42,629 nt of DNA from Bdellovibrionota bacterium. GTDB taxonomy: Bacteria; Bdellovibrionota_C; UBA2361; CALJRW01. This document shows, in pieces, positions 20,712-30,182 of this stretch. The notes below the pieces were generated by a model. The model saw only the letters and a list, made by a program, of their open reading frames with translations, was not told the origin of the DNA and ran no database searches. Both the position numbers and the translations under genes were made by a program. The DNA is taken from contig JBGSMD010000010.1 of NCBI GenBank assembly GCA_041740355.1, forward strand, positions 1 through 42,629. Direction: 5' to 3'. Position 1 is the stretch's first letter. Each line of letters opens with the position of its first letter.

Positions 20712-22895
20712 TTATTGTATCTGATTTTCGCCGAGGGTTAAAGGTAGAATGCTTTTAAATCGAATCGAAACTGGACGAACTCGATCTGGAGTTTTTGGAA
20801 CATTCACTGTAAATTCCTGCCAAGTATTATCCGCAATTAGATTTAGTTGTTTCCAAGGGATTACTTCTCCATATTTCTTAACAAACAGAGAAACAAAAAT
20901 TGTTTGTTTCTCGGGAGAGTTAGCTTTTAAATTAAAAACTAGTTTGCTGTTTGCTGGATATGAAGGAACTTGTAAGTAAGATTCTAATGTTAAAGGAGTA
21001 GCATTAATAAGTTTAATTAAATAGTTTCCAAGTTCGTCTCTTTTAATAATTTGTAAGCGATCTTGATAAGCAGCCAATTTAGATTCAAAAATTTGCTGAT
21101 TAAAACTAGGTTGATTGTGACTTGCAAAGATAATCCATTTAAGACCGGCAATTAAACCTAATGTGTTCAGTGATTCTTCACTGGGAAAACTTTGAGTTAC
21201 CCAAGGAAGTTCATAGGCATTTTTACTTTGTTGTCCGCTATAACCATTTACTAGCATAACTTGCTGATCAAGTAACCAGTTTTGGTATTCGATACTTGTT
21301 TCGGAGTAAGCTCTCCAACTTCCAATTTTGGAAGATCTTAGTTCTTCTGATGTCATAGGAAGTCCTATTACAACATCATCTTTGGCTACAAAATTATTTA
21401 GCTCAGCAAAAATGCCTTGAGCTCGATGCTCATTTTCTAGAGGATAATACTTAGGGTAATTTTCAAGGACCGTCCAAGCTAAAATACTCAACGGTAGGAA
21501 GATTCGAGATATTAACCTTATCTTATCAAGTCTTTGGAAAGCAAAAGGAATTAGGAGTGACAGGAAAAAAGCTACTAAGATCCCCATTCGACTTACGGCG
21601 CGAATTGCTGATACGCCCGGGATTAGATGATAAAAAATTGTGTGAATTCCCTGAGGACTATAGGAATTATTAAAAAAACTAGTCTCAACTCCTAATGGGC
21701 CAAGTGACCAGAAGAATAATGAATAAGTAGTAAATAGTAGGACTGCAATTAATCCTTGGTTAGAAACATAATTAATTTTAAGTTTGCGAGATAGCTGCCC
21801 AATTCGAAAGCAATAATAAAGTAGTCCAAAAAAAGTTAACCAGAAGAACCAACTAGCGAAACTTATTTTAAAAACTTGTAAACAAGTCGCAATTATAAAG
21901 CTAGTTGCTGTACATAAAATTATCCAACGAGGATTTCTTTGATTTAAGTTTGTCAGGATTATAAGAAGTGCAGTTAAACAAATTATTCCTGGAAAGAGCA
22001 GTGCTTCGGAATGAGACCACTTTGCGCTAAAACTAAAGAATAGATTGGAAGCAGGAGCCGAAAGGTAGCTTAGGATGTTAGCGCCAAAGGCACTGGCGGT
22101 TCTTAAATCTCTTTCTCCATAAGTTGCTTTTACATCTAAGTAAGGAAGTGCAAAGGGTATGATCGGAGCAAATCCAATTAAAGAACCAGAGAGGGCGATA
22201 CTGAAATTCTTGAATGAAAAAAAGTTTTTTTGATAAATTAAAAACCCAAGGGTGACTATCAGTAAGGTAACAATTAAAAAAATCGTATAATAAACAGTGG
22301 TTAAAAAACTCAAGAATAAAGTTAATCCTAAAAGAAAAGCGGAAATAAATTTCGGTTGGTTTAAAAATTTACAATATAATCCAATTGCCAGTGGGATCCA
22401 AAAAACAAATTGTAACTGTGGGTGTCCAAGATGTAATACTAGAAAGGGAAGTCCTAGCATAACAGTTCCCGAAATTAATGAACCAATAAAATGATTGGAA
22501 AGCTGAAAGGCAACTTTAAATGTGCAGAGACCATTTAGAAATGTTGCTAGAAGTAAAATTGCATTATAAGCAACAATTATTGGAAGCCCCATTAAGACAA
22601 AAGGTTTAGCAACCAGCGCTGGTAGAATAAAACTATCACTCCAGCCAAGACTTAAAGTATAAGGATAGAATGCTCTAGTGTTAAACCAAGGGAGTGCCCA
22701 GAGATCTTTTAGGTTTGATTTAAATAACCAGACGTAGAGTCCACCATCAGACCTGTCCGTACCAAGGTAATGGGTGTTGATTTTTAAAATACTTTCAGTT
22801 CGATAGAGCAGGATTAGTAAAAGAAAGTAGATTATACTAATCGCTATTTGCTTGTTTTTAAGTTTATAGAAAGCCAAATAGTTTTTGTTGAGCAT
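20712..22895 (-). CDS. Large polytopic membrane protein, YfhO-like/GT-C-like
   Basis: More than 12 hydrophobic segments, FYPYTLSLGWSD, HLGHPQLQ, IRAVSR, LVNGYSG, and a soluble C-terminal domain. Confidence 0.6.
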   Translation of the reverse strand: MLNKNYLAFYKLKNKQIAISIIYFLLLILLYRTESILKINTHYLGTDRSDGGLYVWLFKSNLKDLWALPWFNTRAFYPYTLSLGWSDSFILPALVAKPFVLMGLPIIVAYNAILLLATFLNGLCTFKVAFQLSNHFIGSLISGTVMLGLPFLVLHLGHPQLQFVFWIPLAIGLYCKFLNQPKFISAFLLGLTLFLSFLTTVYYTIFLIVTLLIVTLGFLIYQKNFFSFKNFSIALSGSLIGFAPIIPFALPYLDVKATYGERDLRTASAFGANILSYLSAPASNLFFSFSAKWSHSEALLFPGIICLTALLIILTNLNQRNPRWIILCTATSFIIATCLQVFKISFASWFFWLTFFGLLYYCFRIGQLSRKLKINYVSNQGLIAVLLFTTYSLFFWSLGPLGVETSFFNNSYSPQGIHTIFYHLIPGVSAIRAVSRMGILVAFFLSLLIPFAFQRLDKIRLISRIFLPLSILAWTVLENYPKYYPLENEHRAQGIFAELNNFVAKDDVVIGLPMTSEELRSSKIGSWRAYSETSIEYQNWLLDQQVMLVNGYSGQQSKNAYELPWVTQSFPSEESLNTLGLIAGLKWIIFASHNQPSFNQQIFESKLAAYQDRLQIIKRDELGNYLIKLINATPLTLESYLQVPSYPANSKLVFNLKANSPEKQTIFVSLFVKKYGEVIPWKQLNLIADNTWQEFTVNVPKTPDRVRPVSIRFKSILPLTLGENQIQ

Positions 22896-23258
22896 TCTAT
22901 ATAATTTACTAAAGAATCTAAATTTAGCAAAATCTTTATAAACACTAATTAATAGGGGGGGGGTAAACTTTTGTCCACTTTCAAAGTAAGTAAAAATTTC
23001 AAGTCGTAAGGTATAAACTAATTGGATTTAGAATGCGTAGTATTATTTAAGCTAGAGAATCTGCACTTGATTCTTTTCAATGCAGGCCTGCTAAGTCATT
23101 GATTAATATAGCAAGAGAGTCAATTAAAGTTATAAAAGTTGCCGATTGATAAAATTTATCTGGTGGAAATTAGAAAAATTAGTCTATACTCACTAGACTT
23201 TAGTTAAAGACGCGGCACCGCACAAAATTTTTTGTGCAAATGTTAGCTGTCTTATCCA

Positions 23259-23753
23259 ATGGAGAAATTTATGAAGAAATTATTAATTTTATTAGCGTTA
23301 ATCGCCCCACTTAGTGCATTTGCTCAAGATGACGTAGGTACTTGCGGATGGGGATCTAAGTTGTTTGAAGGAAACCGTGGACTTGCTCCCAAAGTTCTTG
23401 CTGTAACTACCAACGGATCTTCAGGTAACCAAACTTTCGCTATGACTTCGGCAACTTCTGGTTGTTCTCGTGATGGTGTTGTTCGTTCTAACTGGAAAAC
23501 AGTTTATTTCATTGACCAAAACATGAATCGTTTAGCTCGTGATATTTCTCGCGGCGAAGGCGAAACGTTAGCTTCTCTTAGCCAATTAGTTGGTATTGAA
23601 AAAGCTGACCAAGTTGCTTTTAACGCAGAGTTAAAAAATAACTTCTCTAAGATTTTCGCCAGCGAAAATGTTGATAGCAAGTCAGTTCATGCTGCTATGA
23701 AAACAGTACTAGCTAGCAATCAAGACTTAGCTAACTATAGCAACAACCTATAA
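23259..23753 (+). CDS. DUF3015 family secreted protein
   Basis: Signal peptide, CGWGSKLF, TTNGSSGNQTFAMTSATSGC, DISRGEGETLASL. The true start may be 23271. Confidence 0.88.
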   Translation: MEKFMKKLLILLALIAPLSAFAQDDVGTCGWGSKLFEGNRGLAPKVLAVTTNGSSGNQTFAMTSATSGCSRDGVVRSNWKTVYFIDQNMNRLARDISRGEGETLASLSQLVGIEKADQVAFNAELKNNFSKIFASENVDSKSVHAAMKTVLASNQDLANYSNNL

Positions 23754-23759
23754 TTAAAT

Positions 23760-25625
23760 ATGAGTTGTTCACTAAGCCGGCTAATTGCCGGCTTTTTTTT
23801 GCATTTTGTATTATTTTTTGGCGTACATGCTGAAAACACTTCAACATCGGAAATAAATGCACTCGCAAAAGATCCGCAGTGGTTAGCACTGCTTCACTAC
23901 AAATCAAACTCAACCTCTGGATATCAAAGTTTTATTGATTCGCCAGAATTTTTTCTAGATGCAGATGGAGCAACGAATCCAGAAAGCGAACTAGGCGCTA
24001 CAATTGAAAAATTTGAATCTGAGGGTACTAAATTGTCCTGCCGATACCCAGCAAGACTTAATCTAATTCAAGAGAAATTAAAATTATTTCAAGATCGTAC
24101 AATTAGCGATTGCCCTGAGTTTGATGAATGGCAAGGGTTAATTGCTGCCAAAGGCATTACTTTAATTTTCCCAGCAAGTTTTTTAAATAATCCAGCCTCA
24201 GCTTTCGGACATACTTTTTTAAGATTAGACCAAGACCCTTCAAATCCTAAAGCTGATTATTATTCCTATAGCATAAATTTTTCAGCGCATACTTTTGGTG
24301 AGCCAGGTTTGATCTATGCTTTTAAAGGAATCTTTGGATTTTATAATGGTTATTTTAAAGTTGCGCCCTACTTTGAGTTGGTCAAACTTTATAGCGATTT
24401 AGAGAAAAGAGATATTTGGGAATATCGCTTGGACTTTGAGCAAAAAGAAATTAACTTGCTAGTTAAGCATCTTTGGGAACTGCGTAACATAAATTTTAAT
24501 TATTATTATTTTGACGAAAACTGCTCCTATCATCTACTTGGACTCTTTGATGTTCTTCGTCCAAGTTTAAAACTTCGCGATAAATTTAGTAATTGGGTCA
24601 TACCAAGTGATACTTTAAAAGCTGTCGCTAAAAATAAAGAATTAGTTCTAGAAAAAAACTTTCGCCCCTCACTTAGTTCTAAGTTTAATGCTCGGGAAGC
24701 AGGCACTTCTTCAAAACTTAAAATAATTGCAAAAAAAAGAATCTTAAAACCAGAAGAAGCGGAAAAAGATCTTGCTGCCTTATCTTTAGAGGATAAAGTT
24801 ACAACTCTAGACCTAGCTTATGATTATTTAGATTATTTAGTTGTTGGCGATAAACTCCCAGCTGAGAAGTCTGATCCGCTAGCCTTTAAATTATTAAACG
24901 AAAGAAGTGCATTAGGGCAAAGCTCTCCCGAATTAATTGTACCTAAGCAAACAGATCCACTAGATTCTCATGCCAGTCAGCGGGTCGCTTACGGCGGACT
25001 TTACCGCGACGAGCATTACTATCAAAGTTTTGATTTAAGATTGGCCTATCATGACTTATTAGATCCACAAATTGGATTTATACCAGGATCTCAAATCAAT
25101 TTTATGGACTTTAATTTTTTGCTTGATAGTAAAAGTGATTTTAGTTTAGAACGAGCAACTATTGTTGATTTGGTGTCGCTTAGTCCAGGGAATTATTTCT
25201 TAAACCCACTTTCTTGGGCGCTCTATACCGGACTGGAGAGAGAGCAAGTTAACTTAACGGACAGCAATAAGCTTGTTTATAAAAATGAGCTATATATTGG
25301 ACGAAGTAGTAAACTAAACGAAGCTAATCAACTCTATCTACTAGGTGGACTAGCAAATAAAATTAATACCTACTTTGAAAACAATCAGGCTACTGGTGGT
25401 GGAGCAAAACTTGGTTGGTTAGGCTACTCCAAATCTTTTAATTATCTTACTGAATTAGAATTAAATCGCTATTTCTTTGGAGATAATCATACTAGTCTGA
25501 GAGCTAGTAGTAAGTTAGATTTTCCTTTAACATCAGATTTAAACTTAAGACTAGAAGTGGCGAGAGAGAAAGACTATCAGGATAGCTTTAATACTTACTT
25601 AGCAAATCTGTACTACTTTTTTTAG
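23760..25625 (+). CDS. DUF4105 (Lnb N-terminal-like) domain protein with probable C-terminal beta-barrel
   Basis: WLALLHY, CRYPAR, NNPASAFGHTFLR, EKRDIWEY, YYYFDENCSY, RLAYHDLLDP, amphipathic strands and terminal YYFF. Confidence 0.88.
   Translation: MSCSLSRLIAGFFLHFVLFFGVHAENTSTSEINALAKDPQWLALLHYKSNSTSGYQSFIDSPEFFLDADGATNPESELGATIEKFESEGTKLSCRYPARLNLIQEKLKLFQDRTISDCPEFDEWQGLIAAKGITLIFPASFLNNPASAFGHTFLRLDQDPSNPKADYYSYSINFSAHTFGEPGLIYAFKGIFGFYNGYFKVAPYFELVKLYSDLEKRDIWEYRLDFEQKEINLLVKHLWELRNINFNYYYFDENCSYHLLGLFDVLRPSLKLRDKFSNWVIPSDTLKAVAKNKELVLEKNFRPSLSSKFNAREAGTSSKLKIIAKKRILKPEEAEKDLAALSLEDKVTTLDLAYDYLDYLVVGDKLPAEKSDPLAFKLLNERSALGQSSPELIVPKQTDPLDSHASQRVAYGGLYRDEHYYQSFDLRLAYHDLLDPQIGFIPGSQINFMDFNFLLDSKSDFSLERATIVDLVSLSPGNYFLNPLSWALYTGLEREQVNLTDSNKLVYKNELYIGRSSKLNEANQLYLLGGLANKINTYFENNQATGGGAKLGWLGYSKSFNYLTELELNRYFFGDNHTSLRASSKLDFPLTSDLNLRLEVAREKDYQDSFNTYLANLYYFF
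23774..23800 (+). terminator. Intrinsic terminator downstream of the DUF3015 gene, lying inside the 5' end of the DUF4105 ORF
   Basis: AAGCCGGC-TAATT-GCCGGCTT, with a T8 tract at 23793-23800. Confidence 0.8.
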
Positions 25626-25661
25626 TAGTTTAGTAAATTCTAGCAATTCAAATTATTATCT

Positions 25662-26780
25662 ATGAATAAATTATTCAAATTATTTTTAACCAGCTTGTTG
25701 TTAGTACCTCTAGCACAAGCGGAGAGTGACCTTTGCAGTTTAGCAAAGGAAGCATTACAGGAAGCTGAGAAGATTAGAGAGCTTAAAACAAAACGTCCAG
25801 TTAATTGTAAGGTTCAAAATAAGCAAGAGGTTGAGCAGTATCTGCGAGATACCATTAATACGAAAGTTCCTGACATTAAAATTACTAATGAGGAAAAGCT
25901 CTATAAAAAACTTGGTCTAATTCCTAGAGCATATAGCTACAAAGAAGAAATTATTAAGCTCTACACAAGTCAGCTAGCTGGGTACTATGAGCCAACTACG
26001 GAGTATTATGTGATGGCGGGCTGGATGCCTGAAGCAATGCAGTTACCGATTGCTATTCATGAGTTAACTCATGCCATTCAAGATCAACATTATAATTTAG
26101 ATAAGTTTTTAGATCCGATGTCTCTTACTACGGATGAGTCCTTAGCCCGCTCCGGTGTTGTCGAGGGTGATGCCACAGTTGTAATGTATGACTATTTTAA
26201 TCAACAGTCAGGCCAAGCTCGATTGGCTGAGCAAGGAGACATTCGTAGTCTTATTTTTCAAGCTGTAGCATCTTCCAATATGCTTGCTGGCTTTAAGGAA
26301 GCGCCAAGATCCATGCAGGCCTCACTTTTATTTCCATACACCAGTGGCTTAAATTTTAGCCATTCTATTTTAAAACGCGAAGGGTACGCTGGTTTAAATA
26401 AGGTCTTTAGTCGAGTTCCAAAAACAACCAAAGAAATTTTGCACCCTGAATTTTATCAACAAAACATTACTTTTGTTCCATTGACCCTTAAAGACTTAAG
26501 TGATTTTTTTGAAGTTGCTGACTTGCAAATTTCTTATGAAGATCGCTTGGGTGAATTTATGTTATCAACAATTACCAACTTAGAAGATGAAACTTTAGCA
26601 ACTGGCTGGGTTAATGATTTAGCAGTTGTGCAGAAAAACACTGATGATGTCTATTGGTTATTAAAGTTGGAGAGTCCAGAAAAAGCTGCGAAGCTTGAGA
26701 CTGTTATTAGAAAAATTAACCCCGAGGGAGTTGTTAAGAGTATTTTGAAAAATGAGTTTTTGGGATTAGTGCTTCGCTAG
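25662..26780 (+). CDS. Secreted putative zinc metallopeptidase (HExxH)
   Basis: Signal peptide, QLAGYY, HELTHAIQDQHY, VEGDAT, FPYTSG, TKEILHPE. Confidence 0.75.
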   Translation: MNKLFKLFLTSLLLVPLAQAESDLCSLAKEALQEAEKIRELKTKRPVNCKVQNKQEVEQYLRDTINTKVPDIKITNEEKLYKKLGLIPRAYSYKEEIIKLYTSQLAGYYEPTTEYYVMAGWMPEAMQLPIAIHELTHAIQDQHYNLDKFLDPMSLTTDESLARSGVVEGDATVVMYDYFNQQSGQARLAEQGDIRSLIFQAVASSNMLAGFKEAPRSMQASLLFPYTSGLNFSHSILKREGYAGLNKVFSRVPKTTKEILHPEFYQQNITFVPLTLKDLSDFFEVADLQISYEDRLGEFMLSTITNLEDETLATGWVNDLAVVQKNTDDVYWLLKLESPEKAAKLETVIRKINPEGVVKSILKNEFLGLVLR

Positions 26781-26837
26781 GTTTAAAAATCTGACGATTC
26801 TGTAGTGACACTCCGTAAACGTCAGGATTAAATAACT

Positions 26838-26891
26838 ATTTTAACATAGATGTGAAAATAGTTTGAACATTTTTCACATCTATGTTAAAAT
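26838..26891. promoter_or_regulatory. Perfect 21-bp inverted repeat enclosing a sigma70 promoter of the ATPase gene
   Basis: ATTTTAACATAGATGTGAAAA-N12-TTTTCACATCTATGTTAAAAT. TTGAAC (26863-26868), 17-nt spacer, TAAAAT (26886-26891) preceded by TGn. The ATG is 6 nt later. Confidence 0.75.
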
Positions 26892-26897
26892 TTACCA

Positions 26898-28013
26898 ATG
26901 GATAGGTATCTTACTGAAATCATTAAAAAAGATTTGACAAAAAAAATGGTCTTTATTGCTGGTCCTAGGCAAGTAGGGAAGACAACCTTAGCTGTTAAGC
27001 TTTTAGAAGGTCAAAACCAAGCGTACTTAAATTATGATGTACCAGACTCTAGAGAACTAATTTTAAAGCGAAAACTACCTAAAAATAAACTTTTAGTTTT
27101 TGATGAACTGCATAAGTACCTGGATTGGAGAAATTACCTAAAAGGTATTTACGATGATTTGAAAAGAGATTTTCAGATTCTTGTTACTGGTAGTGCACGG
27201 TTAGATTTTTATCGGGCTGGAGGCGATTCTCTTCAAGGACGTTATAACCTTTTTCGACTTCATCCATTATCGGTTGCGGAATTAAACCTTAAGACCAAAG
27301 AAGAATTTTCTACCCTTTTAGAGTTAGGAGGTTTTCCTGAGCCATACTTTTCTAACTCTAAAGAAGAAGCTCTTCGTTGGGTTCGGCAATATCGTTCTCG
27401 AGTAGTAATGGAAGACATTCGTGATTTAGAAATGATACAGGACTTAGGTAAGCTTGAAATGCTCCTTTTGATTCTTCCCGACCTTGTTGGTAGCCCACTT
27501 TCAATAAATGGAGTCCGCGAGAATTTACAGGTTGCTCATCTTACAATTGAAAGATGGATCCAAGCTTTTGAAAGGCTTTATCATATATTTCGAATTGCAC
27601 CGTTAACAACTTCTAAGGTTAAATCCTTAAAGAAATCACAAAAATGTTATTTCTATAATTGGGGAGCAATCGGAGATCCGGCGAAACGTTTTGAAAATTT
27701 AGTAGCTAGTCACTTACTTAAGTGGGTACATTATCAGCAAGATGTTCATGGAAAAAACATTGAACTATATTTCTTAAGGGATCGAACTGGGAAAGAGGTC
27801 GATTTTGTATTAACAGAAGGTAAGAAAGTTTTAACTTTAATTGAGTGCAAACTTAAAGAACAAAACATCGATTTGAATTTGAAATACTACGCAACTAAGT
27901 TTCCGGAGGCGCAAGTTCTACAATTAGTGCAAGAGATGGAAGAAACAAGCGCGTATGTTTCCAGTGGAATCACAGTTCAGTCAGCACTTAGTTTTTTAAA
28001 AACATTAATTTAA
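26898..28013 (+). CDS. AAA_14 ATPase with DUF4143 and PD-(D/E)xK-like C-terminus
   Basis: GPRQVGKTT, FDELHK, VTGSAR, SLQGR, GGFPEP, FENLV, EVDFV...IECK. Confidence 0.92.
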   Translation: MDRYLTEIIKKDLTKKMVFIAGPRQVGKTTLAVKLLEGQNQAYLNYDVPDSRELILKRKLPKNKLLVFDELHKYLDWRNYLKGIYDDLKRDFQILVTGSARLDFYRAGGDSLQGRYNLFRLHPLSVAELNLKTKEEFSTLLELGGFPEPYFSNSKEEALRWVRQYRSRVVMEDIRDLEMIQDLGKLEMLLLILPDLVGSPLSINGVRENLQVAHLTIERWIQAFERLYHIFRIAPLTTSKVKSLKKSQKCYFYNWGAIGDPAKRFENLVASHLLKWVHYQQDVHGKNIELYFLRDRTGKEVDFVLTEGKKVLTLIECKLKEQNIDLNLKYYATKFPEAQVLQLVQEMEETSAYVSSGITVQSALSFLKTLI

Positions 28014-28031
28014 CAGATAAGTATCTAAACT

Positions 28032-29420
28032 ATGAAAACTTACGACTTAATCGTTATTGGAAGTGGGGGCGGCAACAAGCTAGTTGGCTCTGCATTAAAG
28101 CTTAGTAAAAAAGTTGCCTTAATTGAAAAAGGCAAAGCTGGTGGTACGTGTTTGAATCGTGGATGTATCCCCAGCAAAATGCTGATTCACCCGGCAAATC
28201 TTTATAAACATTTAAGTGAGCTAGAAAAAATTAATTTAAAAGTTAATTCTGTGGACGTTGACTTTGAAGGTTTGATTAAAAGAATTAATTCTTACACTGA
28301 TGGAACTTCCCAAAAGATTGCCGAGGGGAGAAGTAAGAATCCTGATGTTGATTATTATCAAGGAAAAGCTGAGTTTGTTAGTGATAAAGTGGTTGTTGTA
28401 AATGGCGAACAACTAACTGCCAAGCAAATTGTTATTGCTACAGGCTCGCGCCCCCTAATTCCAGAAATTCCAGGACTTGCGCATACTCCTTTTATGACGA
28501 GCAATGAAGCACTGCGTGCTAAGAAATTACCAAAAAGTATTATTGTCATTGGAGGCGGTTATATTGCCACAGAACTTGGCGGAGCTTACAGTTCCCTAGG
28601 ATCTGAGGTTACCTTTTTAGTTCGCAGTCAATTCTTGCGACATGTAGACTCTGAAATTCAAGAAATTTTTGTAAAAGAATTTTCTAAGGATAAAAAAGTT
28701 ATTAGTAACTGTGAGTTTTTAAAGGCTAGTTATCAAGATAAGAAGTTTCAATTATTAATTAAGCAAAATGGAGTTGAGCAATCTGTTGAAGCCGAGGAGT
28801 TACTCGTCTGTGCTGGGATTGTTCCTAATAGTGATCAGCTAGGACTTAATAATACGGGAATTAAGATTAAGAAAAACGGATTTATTGAAGTTAATCCAAA
28901 ATTAGAAACAACTGTTAAGGATGTTTATGCAATAGGGGACGTGGCTGGAAATTTCTTATTTCGTCATAGCGTTAATTTTGAAGCGGAGTATTGGATTAAG
29001 TCTAATTATTTGACTAAAAGCCCTTATCCGATAGACTATCCGCCCGTTCCAGCAGCAGTGTTTACGGATCCAGAAATTGCTTCTGTCGGCTTAACTGAAG
29101 AAGAAGCAAAAGCAAAAAATTTAGATTACCTAATTGGCAAGTCAAAGTTTAATGTTGCCATGGCGAAAGCTCGTGGCAAAGAATCGGGATTAGTAAAACT
29201 GATTGTAGAGCGATCTACTGGACAGTTACTTGGTGCGCACATCATTGGTGATGAGGCTTCCACACTAATTCAAGAATTAGTTTTGGCGGCAACACTAAAG
29301 TTAACTGTAGAGCAACTTTATCAACAGATTTATATTCACCCCGCTTTACCTGAAGTAATTCGGGGTGCTGTTAGAGATGCTTTAAAGCAAGTAGATCCGG
29401 AATACGAAATTTTATTCTAG
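28032..29420 (+). CDS. Class I flavoprotein disulfide reductase (dihydrolipoamide dehydrogenase / mycothione reductase family)
   Basis: GSGGG, GGTCLNRGCIPSK, ATGSRP, GGGYIATE, AIGD, FTDPEIASVG, HPALPE. Confidence 0.9.
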   Translation: MKTYDLIVIGSGGGNKLVGSALKLSKKVALIEKGKAGGTCLNRGCIPSKMLIHPANLYKHLSELEKINLKVNSVDVDFEGLIKRINSYTDGTSQKIAEGRSKNPDVDYYQGKAEFVSDKVVVVNGEQLTAKQIVIATGSRPLIPEIPGLAHTPFMTSNEALRAKKLPKSIIVIGGGYIATELGGAYSSLGSEVTFLVRSQFLRHVDSEIQEIFVKEFSKDKKVISNCEFLKASYQDKKFQLLIKQNGVEQSVEAEELLVCAGIVPNSDQLGLNNTGIKIKKNGFIEVNPKLETTVKDVYAIGDVAGNFLFRHSVNFEAEYWIKSNYLTKSPYPIDYPPVPAAVFTDPEIASVGLTEEEAKAKNLDYLIGKSKFNVAMAKARGKESGLVKLIVERSTGQLLGAHIIGDEASTLIQELVLAATLKLTVEQLYQQIYIHPALPEVIRGAVRDALKQVDPEYEILF

Positions 29421-29429
29421 TAAATTATA

Positions 29430-30182
29430 ATGACCCCTAGTCCGGTACCTTCTTCCGACCCAGTAAATGGGCAAGGTGCCTTTGAACAGCAAGCATTTTT
29501 ATTTAAATCATTAGAGCCCCAGCAAAGACTTTTTTTATTAGTGGGGCCGCCACTGAGTGGTAAAAGTTTAGCTGGAGGTTTTATTGCGCATACTTACGAA
29601 AATTTACCCCATCGTATTTTTTCTGACATGATACGTGATTATTTAAACGATGAATTAAACTTTGTTAGTGGTCCACGTAAACAGCAGTATGAATCCTATC
29701 TGCGAAAAATGAATCGAGGAGTACTATTGCCCGATGAATTTATAAATGAATTTGTACAAAAAGTGTTGGAAAATAATCCGAGAGGGATTGTTTTAGATGG
29801 TTATCCAAGAACAGTGGCGCAAGCGGAGTTCTTGTTAGAGTTAACTAAAGATTGGAAGCAAAAACCTTTTGTTCTTGAGCTTGATTATGACTTTAAAGAT
29901 GAATTAGAACTAAGCACTAGATTATCAAAACGCACATACGACGCGCAAAAAGCTGGTCGAATCAGACTTGATGATACAGAGGAAGTTATTAAAGTAAGAC
30001 TTGGTTTTTATGAAAGCTTAACTAAACCACTGTTTGCTCAGTTTACCAAAGACTCTGAGATTAAAACGACAAAGGTTGAATTTCATTTAAGTGGTAGAGA
30101 AACAACAGTGGTGAAAAAAGAAGTTGTTGGAAAGCTGAGTCAAATTTGTAGTGATCCCACTCTTGGATATAAGTTAAAATAA
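29430..30182 (+). CDS. Divergent adenylate/NMP kinase family protein (short LID)
   Basis: GPPLSGKS, GVLLPDE, LDGYPRTVAQA, RLDDTEEVIKVRL..Y. Confidence 0.8.
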   Translation: MTPSPVPSSDPVNGQGAFEQQAFLFKSLEPQQRLFLLVGPPLSGKSLAGGFIAHTYENLPHRIFSDMIRDYLNDELNFVSGPRKQQYESYLRKMNRGVLLPDEFINEFVQKVLENNPRGIVLDGYPRTVAQAEFLLELTKDWKQKPFVLELDYDFKDELELSTRLSKRTYDAQKAGRIRLDDTEEVIKVRLGFYESLTKPLFAQFTKDSEIKTTKVEFHLSGRETTVVKKEVVGKLSQICSDPTLGYKLK

